A stretch of 64,000 bases of DNA from Eledone cirrhosa (taxonomy: Eukaryota): contig OZ024742.1 in the NCBI GenBank assembly GCA_964016885.1, forward strand, positions 332,940,001 to 333,004,000. The letters are read 5' to 3'. The translations under genes and the position numbers were made by a program. Numbering within the stretch: the first letter of the stretch is position 1; the number at the start of each line of letters is the position of its first letter. Of this stretch, positions 1-15,320 are shown piece by piece. Under the pieces are notes generated by a model. The model was not told where the DNA came from and did not search any database. It saw nothing but the letters and a program-made list of their open reading frames with translations.

Positions 1-120
1 TTTGTATCTTTACATATAAGAGCAATTTTGCATGATTCAGATTTCACCAGTTACGTTTAACAATTATATATCTGATGCCCTACATACAAACATACAAACG
101 TATGTATATATATTTGTATG

Positions 121-195
<75 letters not shown>

Positions 196-197
<2 letters not shown>

Positions 198-810
198 TGG
201 TGGCTGCCAGCTCATAATCGAGTACGGCCACTATTTTATGTCCATGTAGGGGAACCCCTACCGATGCGCTGAACGATTGTGACTTTTGAGTCCAGCCATC
301 GACTTGAAAACTCTGGTATAAACACTACACTTGTGACAATTATTGACACATAGTGCTGGGTCCATGCTACCATGTGACGACAAGTGCAGAGAGATCTCCA
401 GATATAAAACAATGCCTGTGCCGTGAAGCTTTTATAGTGAGCAAAGGCAATGCACAAAGCCAGTGCCACTCTCTTAACCAAGATGATATTTACCAAAAAG
501 AAGAACAAGTCAACATCATTGGATACCAGCAGAGTTACAGGTGTTATATCAGAGTTTTTCTTCTCCTAGAATTCTGCCTAGACAAAGGCTAAGGGATCAT
601 CTCTCCCGGTAATTTTGAATGGCAATTGACTCTTAAGAGCTACTTTTCCCTTTGACAGGGTTTGTTTTAGGTCCTGCATGATGTCCAAAGTTACCCTCCT
701 CACCAAGAAACCTTAGTGGGGTTGCCAGTTTAGTCGCCAACGACCCGACCATGAGACAGGTTGTACTGGGATAGATGTTACCAGTAGCACCAACTGGTGA
801 TATGTCATAT
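196..810 (-). repeat. Dispersed repeat resembling an RTE-clade 5' UTR; relative at ~19853-20185
   Basis: Minus strand AGCCTTTGTCTAGGCAGAATTCTAGGAGAAGAAAAACTCTGATAT. Shared blocks GGCTGCC..TC.T.ATCGAGTA.GG.CA and AAAAGAAGAA..A..TCAACATCAT.GG in both copies. Confidence 0.45.
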
Positions 811-818
811 CTATGAAA

Positions 819-863
<45 letters not shown>

Positions 864-888
864 CAAATATATATACATGTATATATTC

Positions 889-922
<34 letters not shown>

Positions 923-1234
923 GAAAAAAGATGAAAACGAAAATGCAACTGGAGTCTTATTTAAAAAATTATATATATATATTTATTTGGTTCCTTTAGC
1001 GGTTTCGCAGTTCTTCTGCTTTTCAAAAGTAGAGTTGAGATGGACGGTCTATGGTTTTCCTATACATATATATGTATATATATATATATATATATATAAA
1101 GAAAAAGAGATGAAATCGAAAATGCAACTGAAGTCTTATTTTTTTTTTGCATTTTCGATTTCATCTCTTTTTCTTTATACTTCCACTCGTGTAGGACACC
1201 TCGGTTATTTTTCATTTTGTAAAAAAAACCTCAC

Positions 1235-1336
<102 letters not shown>

Positions 1337-1381
1337 ATATATATGTATATATATATTTATATATATGTATATATATATATG

Positions 1382-1427
<46 letters not shown>

Positions 1428-1567
1428 TGTGTATATATATGTATATATATGTATATATATACATGTATATATATGTATATATATAAGTATATATATGTAT
1501 ATATATATGTAAATATATGTATATATATATGTATATATATACACACAGACAGACACACACACACACA

Positions 1568-1609
<42 letters not shown>

Positions 1610-2750
1610 TGTAATAAAGAACATTAGATAATTAATTCATTTACGAATGGTTTCTTGAAGAGCTTGACACTTACATACATATACAATATAAATGTATATC
1701 TATTTATTTAAATTTATATATATTTATATAATATATATATAATATGATATATATGTGGAGTCGTATATGTGTGTGTAACTGTGAGTAAAATATTATGCGC
1801 AGTATATGAATAATCTTTTACGGGCTCAGAAAATATAATGTCATTAGAACTTAAGAAATAATAATTTGACTAATTAGATGTCACTCTCTGCATGCCCATG
1901 AAGTCACTTATGCTATTCATCTTTTGAATGTTGATAAAAAAAAATACCAGTCATATTCTGTAGTCGATTTTCAATAATTCTTCCTCACTCTGTTGACTGT
2001 GTTCACACCTGTAGATAGATGAGGTTCGCCCGGCTTAAAATGCCAAAACACACTGTATAGCAGGACGGTACACTTACAACACCATCAGGATTTCTTTGTT
2101 AATGGATGGGTGGATATTTGTTCTACTATTTTTTATCTTCCCTCTTTCTCACTCATTATCATTCACTAATTATCTCTACTAGTAATGGCTATCTTCACGC
2201 TGTTCTCACTCCTTTTTCCTCATCTCTCTGGTTCATTGTAACTGTCTCAGTTCTGATCCAAAACACAATAGTATCTCAGTACTTCGCACTGTTCTTTTTT
2301 TGTTCGGGTCCACAACAGGTCTGCCATGTATCTGCATTCTTCTGTTTCTTATTGTACAAAATTATTATTCCAGCATTTTCCCCTGGATTACATTCTTTCT
2401 GTACTTGATTATATTTCATATGATTATTTTTTTAGATTCAATTATCCCCACATTCCTTGTCATTCTCTTTATTTCTTTGTCTCATGTTGTCCATTTTTGG
2501 TTACCGAGAAACACCCTCTTATTTACTGTTTTCCTATTCTCTATGTCTATACCACTGCATTAATACCACGTATTGTCACAATTCAATAGAGTGAGTCTAT
2601 CTTAAGGTGTCGAAATCGCATTGGTATCAAATTGATAGCTGTTAAAGTACGATTCCGTGTTTAAATCGTCTTGTTTGTGTTCGCTATACCAGTACAGTTT
2701 TTTTCCCATGCTAAACTTCATGTACTTCCATGCAATCTTTTCACACACAC

Positions 2751-2839
<89 letters not shown>

Positions 2840-2891
2840 AAGATATTATATATAAAGAAATAAAGATATTATATATAAAGATGTGAAGATA

Positions 2892-2974
<83 letters not shown>

Positions 2975-3640
2975 GGACGTCGAATAAGAATGCTATTGAA
3001 CACCTGCATCTCTGGAGAAGAGTTGATTTTTCTTAATCTTTGTTTTTGCCAAAATCAAATCAAATCAGTAAATCGGTTAAGCAATGCAGATTACTTTTGA
3101 ACAGAGTAATTTATGATGATGCAAAACGAAGTTATTGATCAATGCTTCTGGTATAATTATCTTGTAGTATTTTAATATTTTACTTGAAACTACCAGCTCC
3201 TTCAATAATATCGCTCATAATATGTAATATTTTTTTTATTTTTTTATTCCCTGAACTATCGCCAATAAAGATATCTTGCTACTAAATGTTCTGGAATCCA
3301 GCTTTGATTTGATGATCTGCCATGAAATTGTTCAATAAGCTGCAGGTCTTGAGACATTCAAGACCTGATTAAAGTATCGAATCTCTCAATGATGCAATAT
3401 TCCTATGCAATTACCTCACGACTTCGAAATCTTCCTGTCCTTTATAGACAATCTTGTATCAATTATTGCTACTACTGTTCTTTCTTCAATATATATTTCC
3501 ATACTTTATATATGCCATCGAATGGGCACAGTCGGTAGAATCTCGAAATTAATGGTTTGCGGTATCCGTTTTGAGTTCAAATCATATCTAAATCAAATTC
3601 TCAATTTCTTGAGGTCGACAAATAAAGTACTCTATACATA

Positions 3641-3860
3641 ATAATGGTTTCTTATAAAGGCACCAGGCCATACATTTTGGCGGAGGGGAAAGTCGATTAA
3701 ATCGGCCCAAGTGCATTACTGGTACTTTATTTTATCGACCACGTCAGGATGAAAGGCAAAGTTAACCTCGGCGGGATTTGAACTCAGATAATAAACGGCC
3801 GTAGCTCTATGCTGTAAAGCATGATGACCGACTCTATCCATACTGCCAATCCATCAGCCT
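3641..3860 (-). mobile_element. tRNA-derived SINE (Meta/MESC-type core), copy 1
   Basis: B box GAGTTCAAATCCC on the minus strand, core CTTTGCCTTTCATCC...GTCGATAAAATAAAGTACCAG, ATT-type tail. Confidence 0.82.
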
Positions 3861-3873
3861 TACACTATACATA

Positions 3874-4092
3874 ATAATTGTTTCTTATATAGGCACAAGG
3901 CCACCAATCTTTGGGGAGGGAACAGTCGATTAACTCGACCCCAGTCCGTGACTGGTACTTTATTTTATCGACCCCGTAAGGATGAAAGGCAAAGTTAACC
4001 TCGGTGGGATTTGAACTCAGATCATAAAGGGCTGTAACTCTATGTTGTAAAGCCTGATGACCGACTCTACCGGAACTGCCAATCTACCGCCC
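3874..4092 (-). mobile_element. tRNA-derived SINE, copy 2 (tandem)
   Basis: Same family as copy 1. Flanked by the direct repeat TTACACTATACATAATA (~3861 and ~4093). Confidence 0.85.
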
Positions 4093-4389
4093 TTACACTA
4101 TACATAATAGTAGACACAGTTCTGGAATTCCTTGCACATACTGTATTCCTAATATTCAGATGTGATTTTAGTATTATTCTCACTCTCCTTATGTATTCAG
4201 GACTTATCAACTCTTCCTGATATTGTCCCCGATGTTATCTGCCTCCAAACACCCACATACATTTATCCATCTTCAGTGTCGATCTCATTTATCACTTCAC
4301 ACGTAGTACCTCGATTCCTATGCTTCTCTTCAATTTACACCTCTTCATCACTCCGACTCCACCTTATTCTTATTCTTATTTTTTTACTT

Positions 4390-4491
<102 letters not shown>

Positions 4492-4824
4492 TGTGTTTCA
4501 TCATGATATAATGCCCATTGAAACAGAATGTGGTAACTTATTGCAAATAATATCATTTATATTCCAGTTTACATACAACTTTATTATTATGTGATACACT
4601 ATTGGAATTTTAAACATTTTTGACAACTGTGTATATACGTGTATTTGTGTGAGTGTCTGTGATGTAATCAGCATGCATTTGTGGTGCTACCACGTTCACG
4701 CTATTTTGGTTTCAGTTCACATACATTGTAAGCTCATGTCTTGTTTTCATTGGTATATATTTGTACGTCCGTAAGTATGTGTGTATGAATACATATACAC
4801 ACATATATTCACACACTCACACAT

Positions 4825-4873
<49 letters not shown>

Positions 4874-5409
4874 AAGAAAGAAAGAAAGAGAGAGTTTGTG
4901 TGTATGAGAGAGAGAGAGAGAGAGAAAGATAGAGTGTGTGTATGAGAGAGAATGGGTGAAAGATGGCGCATGTGTTGGTAAGTATATCATCCCAAAATGT
5001 TGTAACTTATTTATTGCACGAGGTTAGTGAACCGTAAACAATATACACAGTTTAAACTGAATATTACTTTCGTATCTCTATTTGCGTAGGCATTCACAAA
5101 CAGGCGATTGTTTTATATTTGTGAAAACCTTACTGGCATTTCATTTTGAAGAGAATCCATTTCAATCGAAAATCGAAACCAGGTCGCCACTCCCTTAATA
5201 TGTCATTCCAAATGATATAATAGCTGCGTGGAATGATATTGGTATAGTTTATTGATTATCTGGCTCACATTCTCATGACGTGCGATTGTTGTTCTGGCAT
5301 TAACTGCCAAACATTTCTGTTCTTTCAAGTCACTTCTGCCCCAAACCACTGTAACGTTGCCCGCAATGCATTTTACAGAAGGATTAGCAAACACTGGCGC
5401 TGATCCGGC

Positions 5410-5620
5410 TACTTCCACTTTTCCCAGTCACCGTGGAGACCATTGGCATCCTCAGACCCCGTACGGCTGACCTCCTCTCTAAATTAGGAATGATATGGCC
5501 CGTCAGAGGAAGGAGCACTGCGACGTGGGGTGGCTGTTGCAGCGGGTATCCCTGGTCATTGTCTGCAGAAGTGCCTTTGCCATTTTCTCTGGGGGAAGCA
5601 GTCGAAACACCACTCTGATC
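5410..5620 (+). mobile_element. Short degenerate CRE-like 3' fragment
   Basis: FPVTVETIGILRPRTADLLSKLG ... WLLQRVSLVIV..SAFAI (frameshifted) resembles the end of 60415-61389. Confidence 0.6.
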
Positions 5621-6618
5621 TAGGTGTAGAGTGTGTCACCCTCTCCCCTTGCCACTTTATTTCTACCATTGCCTGATAATCCTTGCTCTATCCCTGCATT
5701 TTCTTTCATTTATAACATTTATAGTCCTTTCCAATGCAACCTCATTTTTCTATATGTTTGACTAAATATTAAATTATTATTTTTTTTTTCATGTCATCTT
5801 ATCCAAGGAATATATTTGAGTATTTTTAAATAACATTAATTTTTTGTATGTATATAAAAAAGAAACAATATCTCTGCTAATTTTTAGAATTATGTAAATT
5901 ATATAGAATTGTAAATATATATGTGTGGGGGGGGGGGGGGGGAGAAGGAGAGATAGAGAGATATGGAAGGCAGATAGCTTAGCAGTGTTGACCATTGATG
6001 AATGAAGGAGATGGTCATATCTATCCTCATTTAGGTTTCCTTCCATTTCTTAAGGTCATCTAGAATAAGGAGAGGCTTCTTGAAAAATGTAAACCATTTC
6101 TTGTAGATCTCAGTTTTTTGACAATAATTTAGGTTTGAGGGCTGGAATCCAAATGTATTAAAGTATGCAATAATTATTGAACTCCTTTCATTGACGTCCT
6201 GTTCAGATGTGACTGTAGCACCCAGGGCTAAAGTTTGGTGCAAAACATATCATGGTCTTCCACATTAAATATCACTGTCTAACTTCCTCGTCTTTACTCA
6301 AGGAAGAAGGCTCTAAGTCAATCATCTGTCAATGTTCTCTCGTCTCCTAACTTGTTCCAATATATTATAGTTAAACACGCGGGTGGGGTGTAAGTCATGG
6401 TCTGTGTGTGCGTGTGGGTGGATAGGGGTCAGAGGGGCTGGGGAAGAGGGGTCATGCGGTGTCCGGAGACCGAGTAGGTATATGTGAAGATACGCACGTT
6501 TGTGTGTGCGTTTTTGTGTGGTGTTGATGTATGGTTGCGTGTGTGACATTTATACATACACAACATACATATTCACACACACACACACACACACACAGAT
6601 ATATATATATATATATAT

Positions 6619-6963
6619 ATAATAATGATGGCTGCGCGTTGCAAATGAGGTGCATATGAAAAAGTAAGTCCTTCATCAGTGACCCTCCAACCGTCCCAGG
6701 CATTTCATCGCTTTAAGGGCCATATACCTCAGGTTGGTGCGAACAACGGCTAAAATAAGTCGTTGGGACACGTAAATAAAGGGGACGTTAGGGTAACAAA
6801 CAAAATGGTTTAAGCAACGGAAAGTGAGAAGAAATAGACAAGTCCCAGATCTCTATGAATATAAACTCGGTGAAATCGTGAACAAGAGAAAAAAGACCAT
6901 CAAACCTGGTTGAAATGTGAGCAAGGAAGGAATTTCGCACAAGTCTAACGGGGGGAAGAAGAA

Positions 6964-6994
<31 letters not shown>

Positions 6995-7843
6995 AAGAAG
7001 AAGAAGAAGAAGAAGAAGAAGAAGAAGAAGAAGAAGAAGAAGAAGAAGAAGAAGAAGAAGAAGAATGGGTCTGGTCTACGAATTCGGTAAACATAAGTTT
7101 TGTGAAGTCGCAGACGAAAGAGAGAGAGAGAGAGAGAAAAAAATTTCATACCGGCTTGACCAAGAACGCGCGAGAAGAGAATTACACACTGGTCAAACGG
7201 GAAGGAAGAGGAGGAAAGAGGAGGAGGAGAGGTAGTGACAGAGAATGAGTGAGTGAAAGTTGAGGAGGAGGCTAACAGAGAGAGAGACTGCTAGAAAGGG
7301 TAAAGGTACAAAGAACGAAACAGACGGGTAGCAGCAGAAGAAAAATTATGTGTAAATATGATAATAATGATGGCTGCGCGTTGCAAATGAGGTGCATATG
7401 AAAAAGTAAGTCCTTCATCAGTGACCCTCCAACCGTCCCAGGCATTTCATCGCTTTAAGGGCCATATACCTCAGGTTGGTGCGAACAACGGCTAAAAAAA
7501 GTCGTTGGGACACGTAAATAAAGGGGACGTTAGGGTAACAAACAAAATGGTTTAAGCAACGGAAAGTGAGAAGAAATAGACAAGTCCCAGATCTCTATGA
7601 ATATAAACTCGGTGAAATCGTGAACAAGAGACAAAAGACCATCAAACCTGGTTGAAATGTTAGCAAGGAAGGAATTTCGCACAAGTCTAACGGGGGGAAG
7701 AAGAAGAAGAAGAAGAAGAAGAAGAAGAAGAAGAAGAAGAAGAAGAAGAAGAAGAAGAAGAAGAAGAAGAAGAAGAAGAAGAAGAAGAAGAAGAAGAAGA
7801 AGAAGAAGAAAAATTCGGTAAACATAAGTTTTGTGAAGTCGCA
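6619..7843 (+). repeat. Direct duplication of ~490 bp (6619-7112 and 7361-7843), each with a long (GAA)n
   Basis: Both copies run ATAATAATGATGGCTGCGCG ... TTTTGTGAAGTCGCA and are nearly identical. Confidence 0.93.
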
Positions 7844-7960
7844 AAGTACCAATATATATCCCTTGTTTTTGTTCGCTGACTCTTTTTTGTTAATTATCCT
7901 AATTTATTATTATTATATAGATATTTTACTCTACATATTCGCCCCATACATCTCTCTGTA

Positions 7961-7996
<36 letters not shown>

Positions 7997-8122
7997 GTAG
8001 GAGGTGAGTTTTATTGTAGTACAATAAAGCAATGTAGATATCGGATAAGAAGCACTCTACAGTTTGTGGGACTGGAGTATGCATAATATAAGATCAAAAG
8101 ATGGTTAAAGGAGTTCCATATA

Positions 8123-8189
8123 TTTTATTATGCGCATTTCAAAAACAAACATCATCAAGCAATAATATTTGTGTTTTCATCAGATAAAA
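8123..8189 (-). ncRNA. Minimal type I hammerhead ribozyme (mirror copy)
   Basis: Reverse complement of 10909-10975. Confidence 0.8.
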
Positions 8190-8975
8190 CAGGAGAACAT
8201 GATATGAAGGCTAAAAAACACTTGTTGATAGTGCAGTTTTAAATCAACATATGAAAAGTGGTTTTAGATTGATGTGTGATATTGGGAAAAATATTTTATT
8301 TAGAGAGGGGGGGGAAGGATGAAAAGGGAAGGAGATGAGAGGGAGAGATGGGTGATAGAGAGAAAGAGATAGTTTTTATAACTGAGAGGAGATATATTTT
8401 TTACATAGAGGGGTTGAAAACCGTTGGAAGATACTGTATAAATTAAAAATTTTGAAAATTAACGAAGGGAGGATATGTGCGAGGAAAAAATATTTTATTT
8501 AGGGAGGGGGGGGGGAAGGATGAAAAAAAGGGGGGAGGAGATGAGAGTGAAGGTGGGGAGGGAGAGATGGGTGATAGAGAGAAAGAGATAGTTTTTATAA
8601 CTGAGAAAAAGATATATTGTTTTAATATAGAGAGGTTGGGAACCGTTGGAAGATAATGTATAAATTAAAGGAATTTGAAAATTAACGAAGGGAAATTATG
8701 TATGAAGATAGAGAGAAAAAAATAATAATTGTGGGTGAATATTCTAACGTCAAAAGAAGAAATGTATGTATTGTGGCAATTTCAAAATTAGCGAAGAGAA
8801 AAGTTGTTATGGTTTGTGTGTAGAAGGATTTGAGAAAAATAATGTGAAGTTAAAGTTTGTATATTGAATAGATATGTATTAATAATGAGTTCGTTGATGG
8901 GGAGAAAAAAATAATAATAAATTAAGGATGAAATTGAGATTAAAAAGATTTATGATAGAGAGAAAATATAATAAT

Positions 8976-9156
8976 TGTTTCTACTTTAGGCACAAGGCCA
9001 GCAATTACCCAGTACATTACTGGTACTTTATTTTATCGACCCCGTAAGGATGAAAGGCAAAGTCAACCTCGGCGGGATTTGAACTCAGATCGGAAAGGGA
9101 CGTAACTATGCTGGAAAGCATGGCGTCCGACTCTCTACCGATACTGCCAATCCACC
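8976..9156 (-). mobile_element. tRNA-derived SINE in left palindrome arm, with 18-bp TSD
   Basis: TSD GAGAGAAAA(T/A)ATAATAAT at 8958-8975 and 9157-9174. Empty site in the right arm at 10122-10139. Confidence 0.9.
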
Positions 9157-9650
9157 GAGAGAAAAAATAATAATGATTGCGGATGAATATTCAAAATGTC
9201 AAAAACAAATGTTATTATTTTACGAGAAGATAGAATGAGGGTAATGAGTAAACGAGTATTATAGAGTGTATAATGCCCTTTAAAGTAAGGTAAGGTAGAT
9301 GGGTATATTTTAAAGAGGTGTATGTATATGTGCCTTTGAGAAAAGATTCTAAATTGATAAAGAATTGAATATTAACTGTATACTTTGTGAAAAGTTCTAT
9401 GGAATTTATGCAGGCAGATAGAAAACAAATCTGAGCGTCTATTTATTATAGATTCTAGGTTAGAGATAATGGTAAATTTTTCATTTAGGCAGAGATTACA
9501 GATTTTAGATAGAGAGCTGTTCAAGTATGAGGATGCAGAAGAAATCTTTTTCCAAAAGATGTTATATTTAATGTTTTTGTCTTTTAAGGACCATATGAGT
9601 TCTGAGAGAGCAGTGTTAGTTCTTTTAAGTTTGTATTTGAAAGATCATTC

Positions 9651-11007
9651 ATCTTTCAAATACAAACTTAAAAGAACTAACACTGCTCTCTCAGAACTCA
9701 TATGGTCCTTAAAAGACAAAAACATTAAATATAACATCTTTTGGAAAAAGATTTCTTCTGCATCCTCATACTTGAACAGCTCTCTATCTAAAATCTGTAA
9801 TCTCTGCCTAAATGAAAAATTTACCATTATCTCTAACCTAGAATCTATAATAAATAGACGCTCAGATTTGTTTTCTATCTGCCTACATAAATTCCATAGA
9901 ACTTTTCACAAAGTATACAGTTAATATTCAATTCTTTATCAATTTAGAATCTTTTCTCAAAGGCACATATACATACACCTCTTTAAAATATACCCATCTA
10001 CCTTACCTTACTTTAAAGGGCATTATACACTCTATAATACTCGTTTACTCATTACCCTCATTCTATCTTCTCGTAAAATAATAACATTTGTTTTTGACAT
10101 TTTGAATATTCATCCGCAATCATTATTATTTTTTCTCTCTATCATAAATCTTTTTAATCTCAATTTCATCCTTAATTTATTATTATTTTTTTCTCCCCAT
10201 CAACGAACTCATTATTAATACATATCTATTCAATATACAAACTTTAACTTCACATTATTTTTCTCAAATCCTTCTACACACAAACCATAACAACTTTTCT
10301 CTTCGCTAATTTTGAAATTGCCACAATACATACATTTCTTCTTTTGACGTTAGAATATTCACCCACAATTATTATTTTTTTCTCTCTATCTTCATACATA
10401 ATTTCCCTTCGTTAATTTTCAAATTCCTTTAATTTATACATTATCTTCCAACGGTTCCCAACCTCTCTATATTAAAACAATATATCTTTTTCTCAGTTAT
10501 AAAAACTATCTCTTTCTCTCTATCACCCATCTCTCCCTCCCCACCTTCACTCTCATCTCCTCCCCCCTTTTTTTCATCCTTCCCCCCCCCCCTTCCCTAA
10601 ATAAAATATTTTTTCCTCGCACATATCCTCCCTTCGTTAATTTTCAAAATTTTTAATTTATACAGTATCTTCCAACGGTTTTCAACCCCTCTATGTAAAA
10701 AATATATCTCCTCTCAGTTATAAAAACTATCTCTTTCTCTCTATCACCCATCTCTCCCTCTCATCTCCTTCCCTTTTCATCCTCCCCCCCCTCTCTAAAT
10801 AAAATATTTTTCCCAATATCACACATCAATCTAAAACCACTTTTCATATGTTGATTTAAAACTGCACTATCAACAAGTGTTTTTTAGCCTTCATATCATG
10901 TTCTCCTGTTTTATCTGATGAAAACACAAATATTATTGCTTGATGATGTTTGTTTTTGAAATGCGCATAATAAAATATATGGAACTCCTTTAACCATCCT
11001 TTGATCT

Positions 11008-11012
<5 letters not shown>
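9651..11012 (+). mobile_element. Penelope-like element 3' part (GIY-YIG C-terminus + pseudo-LTR); mirror copy on minus strand ~8083-9645
   Basis: FKYKLKRTNTALSELIWSLKDKNIKYNIFWK...CNLCLNEK..I...IINRRSDLFSICLHK is homologous to the PLE ORF at 58111-58761. Downstream hammerhead motif. Confidence 0.85.
10909..10975 (+). ncRNA. Minimal type I hammerhead ribozyme
   Basis: TTTTAT-CTGATGA-[AAACACAAA...TTTGTTTTT stem II]-GAAA-TGCGCA-TA-ATAAAA. Intact core, stem I TTTTAT/ATAAAA, and a palindromic stem III typical of PLE hammerheads. Confidence 0.8.
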
Positions 11013-11064
<52 letters not shown>

Positions 11065-11466
11065 TACAGAGAGATGTCGGGGCGAATATGTAGAGAAAAA
11101 TATCTATATAATAATAATAAATTAGGATAATTAACAAAAAAGAGTCAGCGAACAAAAACAAGGGATATATATAGGTACTTATATACAGATAGAGAGAGAG
11201 AGAAAGAGAAAGAGGGGTGGAGAAAGAGAGATAGACTGAATGATAGGCTATTGTATAAAGGCAGAGTGTACAATCAAATCTGTAATTGAAAATATAATAT
11301 TGTCACGAACTTCTATAAAAGTTGGTGGTACAGTAGCGGGGGTAACCATTGTTTCACAAATTAACCGGTTGTTATACTTGATTACACTGCCTAACAGACG
11401 TTTACGAACATTGACTGAAATATCAGCATACATCCATATATATGTACATACACACCTATATGCGTT

Positions 11467-14110
<2,644 letters not shown>

Positions 14111-14210
14111 GCACAACACATGGCATTCTGCACTAAGGTAGACGGACGAATAACAATAACTATCTGTACGCGAATAGTTTAGTAAGCTGATCTACATGAA
14201 TGTGTATAGT

Positions 14211-14253
<43 letters not shown>

Positions 14254-14711
14254 GTATATATATGGGTATATATGCGTGTGTGTGTGTATGTTAGATTCAA
14301 GCACGTGCATATAGCAGACAGGAATGCAATATTTCTATCTATCTCCCTTTTAATTCCACACTGTGTATATATATACATATGTTTGTATGAATGATTTTGT
14401 GTCAATCAATTCAATTGTGTATCTCATTATTCTCCTTTCTGTTTGGCAGTGTGCCTGTCTGACAAGCGATATAGATAGATAGATAGAAAAATAAATCGAT
14501 ATATATATATTATATAGAAACAGTTAGGAGAGTGTTTATATATATAAAATAAATACATATAAGTGAATGTTTATATATATATATATGTATATATATAAAG
14601 GATGAAGATCCCATAAGTCCTTGTGTGGTCGTAGAGGTACAGTCATACGGTGTCTCTAGGGCACTTTTAATCCTTGCGGAGCCCAATCGTCTCAAAGTCT
14701 GAACACAGCCA

Positions 14712-14883
14712 ATTTTTTCTATATAGGGAAAATCGATCCCAGGACTGGAAAGGTATTTTTTTTATCGATTTAAAAATGATGAAAGGCAAAGATGACTACG
14801 GCGGGATTTGAACTCAGATAGTGCAACGAGGTGGAACGTAAACCGTAAAACATCCTATCCGATGTCTTAACGACCCTGCCAAT
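14712..14883 (-). mobile_element. Degenerate SINE of same family
   Basis: GATGAAAGGCAAAG...GGCGGGATTTGAACTCAGA. Confidence 0.7.
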
Positions 14884-15054
14884 ATATATAGCAAGGAAAG
14901 TATGGTAAGAAACCAGGTAGACGTAAAGCACCAGAGTACTCGATACTTGGGTAGTAGAGTGGATAATAGGAAAAAAGCCAGGACCCCGACGGCAGAGCTC
15001 CGGCCTGAACTCAGTTCGGATCTAGCTGTCGATCTAGCTATCGGATCTAGCTGT

Positions 15055-15106
<52 letters not shown>

Positions 15107-15267
15107 GTGTGTGGGGGGGGGGGATGTGTGTGTGTGTGTGTATAAATATTAACTTGACTGCATTATAGAAGCTTCCAAAATGACAATTTCTTTCTCGGTC
15201 TCTCTATCTCATTCTCACTCAATCACTTTCCCTCTCTCTCACTCAATCTCTCTCTCTCTCTCTCTCT

Positions 15268-15320
<53 letters not shown>

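Larger units (their letters stand above)
7844..11180. repeat. ~3.3 kb palindrome (arms 7844-9645 and 9651-11180, loop CATTC)
   Basis: ...TTGAAAGAT CATTC ATCTTTCAA... Complementarity can be followed out to AAGTACC (7844) / GGTACTT (11180). Arms differ by a SINE, a ~90-bp segment, TA length and a few substitutions. Confidence 0.95.

Noticed and set aside
3765-3860. tRNA gene suggested by a B box
   Set aside because: It is the tRNA-derived SINE head, with no cloverleaf.
5940-6400. Possible decayed coding sequence on the minus strand
   Set aside because: Multiple stops and no identifiable motif.
9469-9924. 151-aa ORF spanning the palindrome centre, with an identical antisense N-terminus
   Set aside because: By-product of the inversion. 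Only the part after 9651 is PLE coding sequence.
15019-15058. GATCTAGCT x3 mini-repeat
   Set aside because: Too short, consistent with local slippage.
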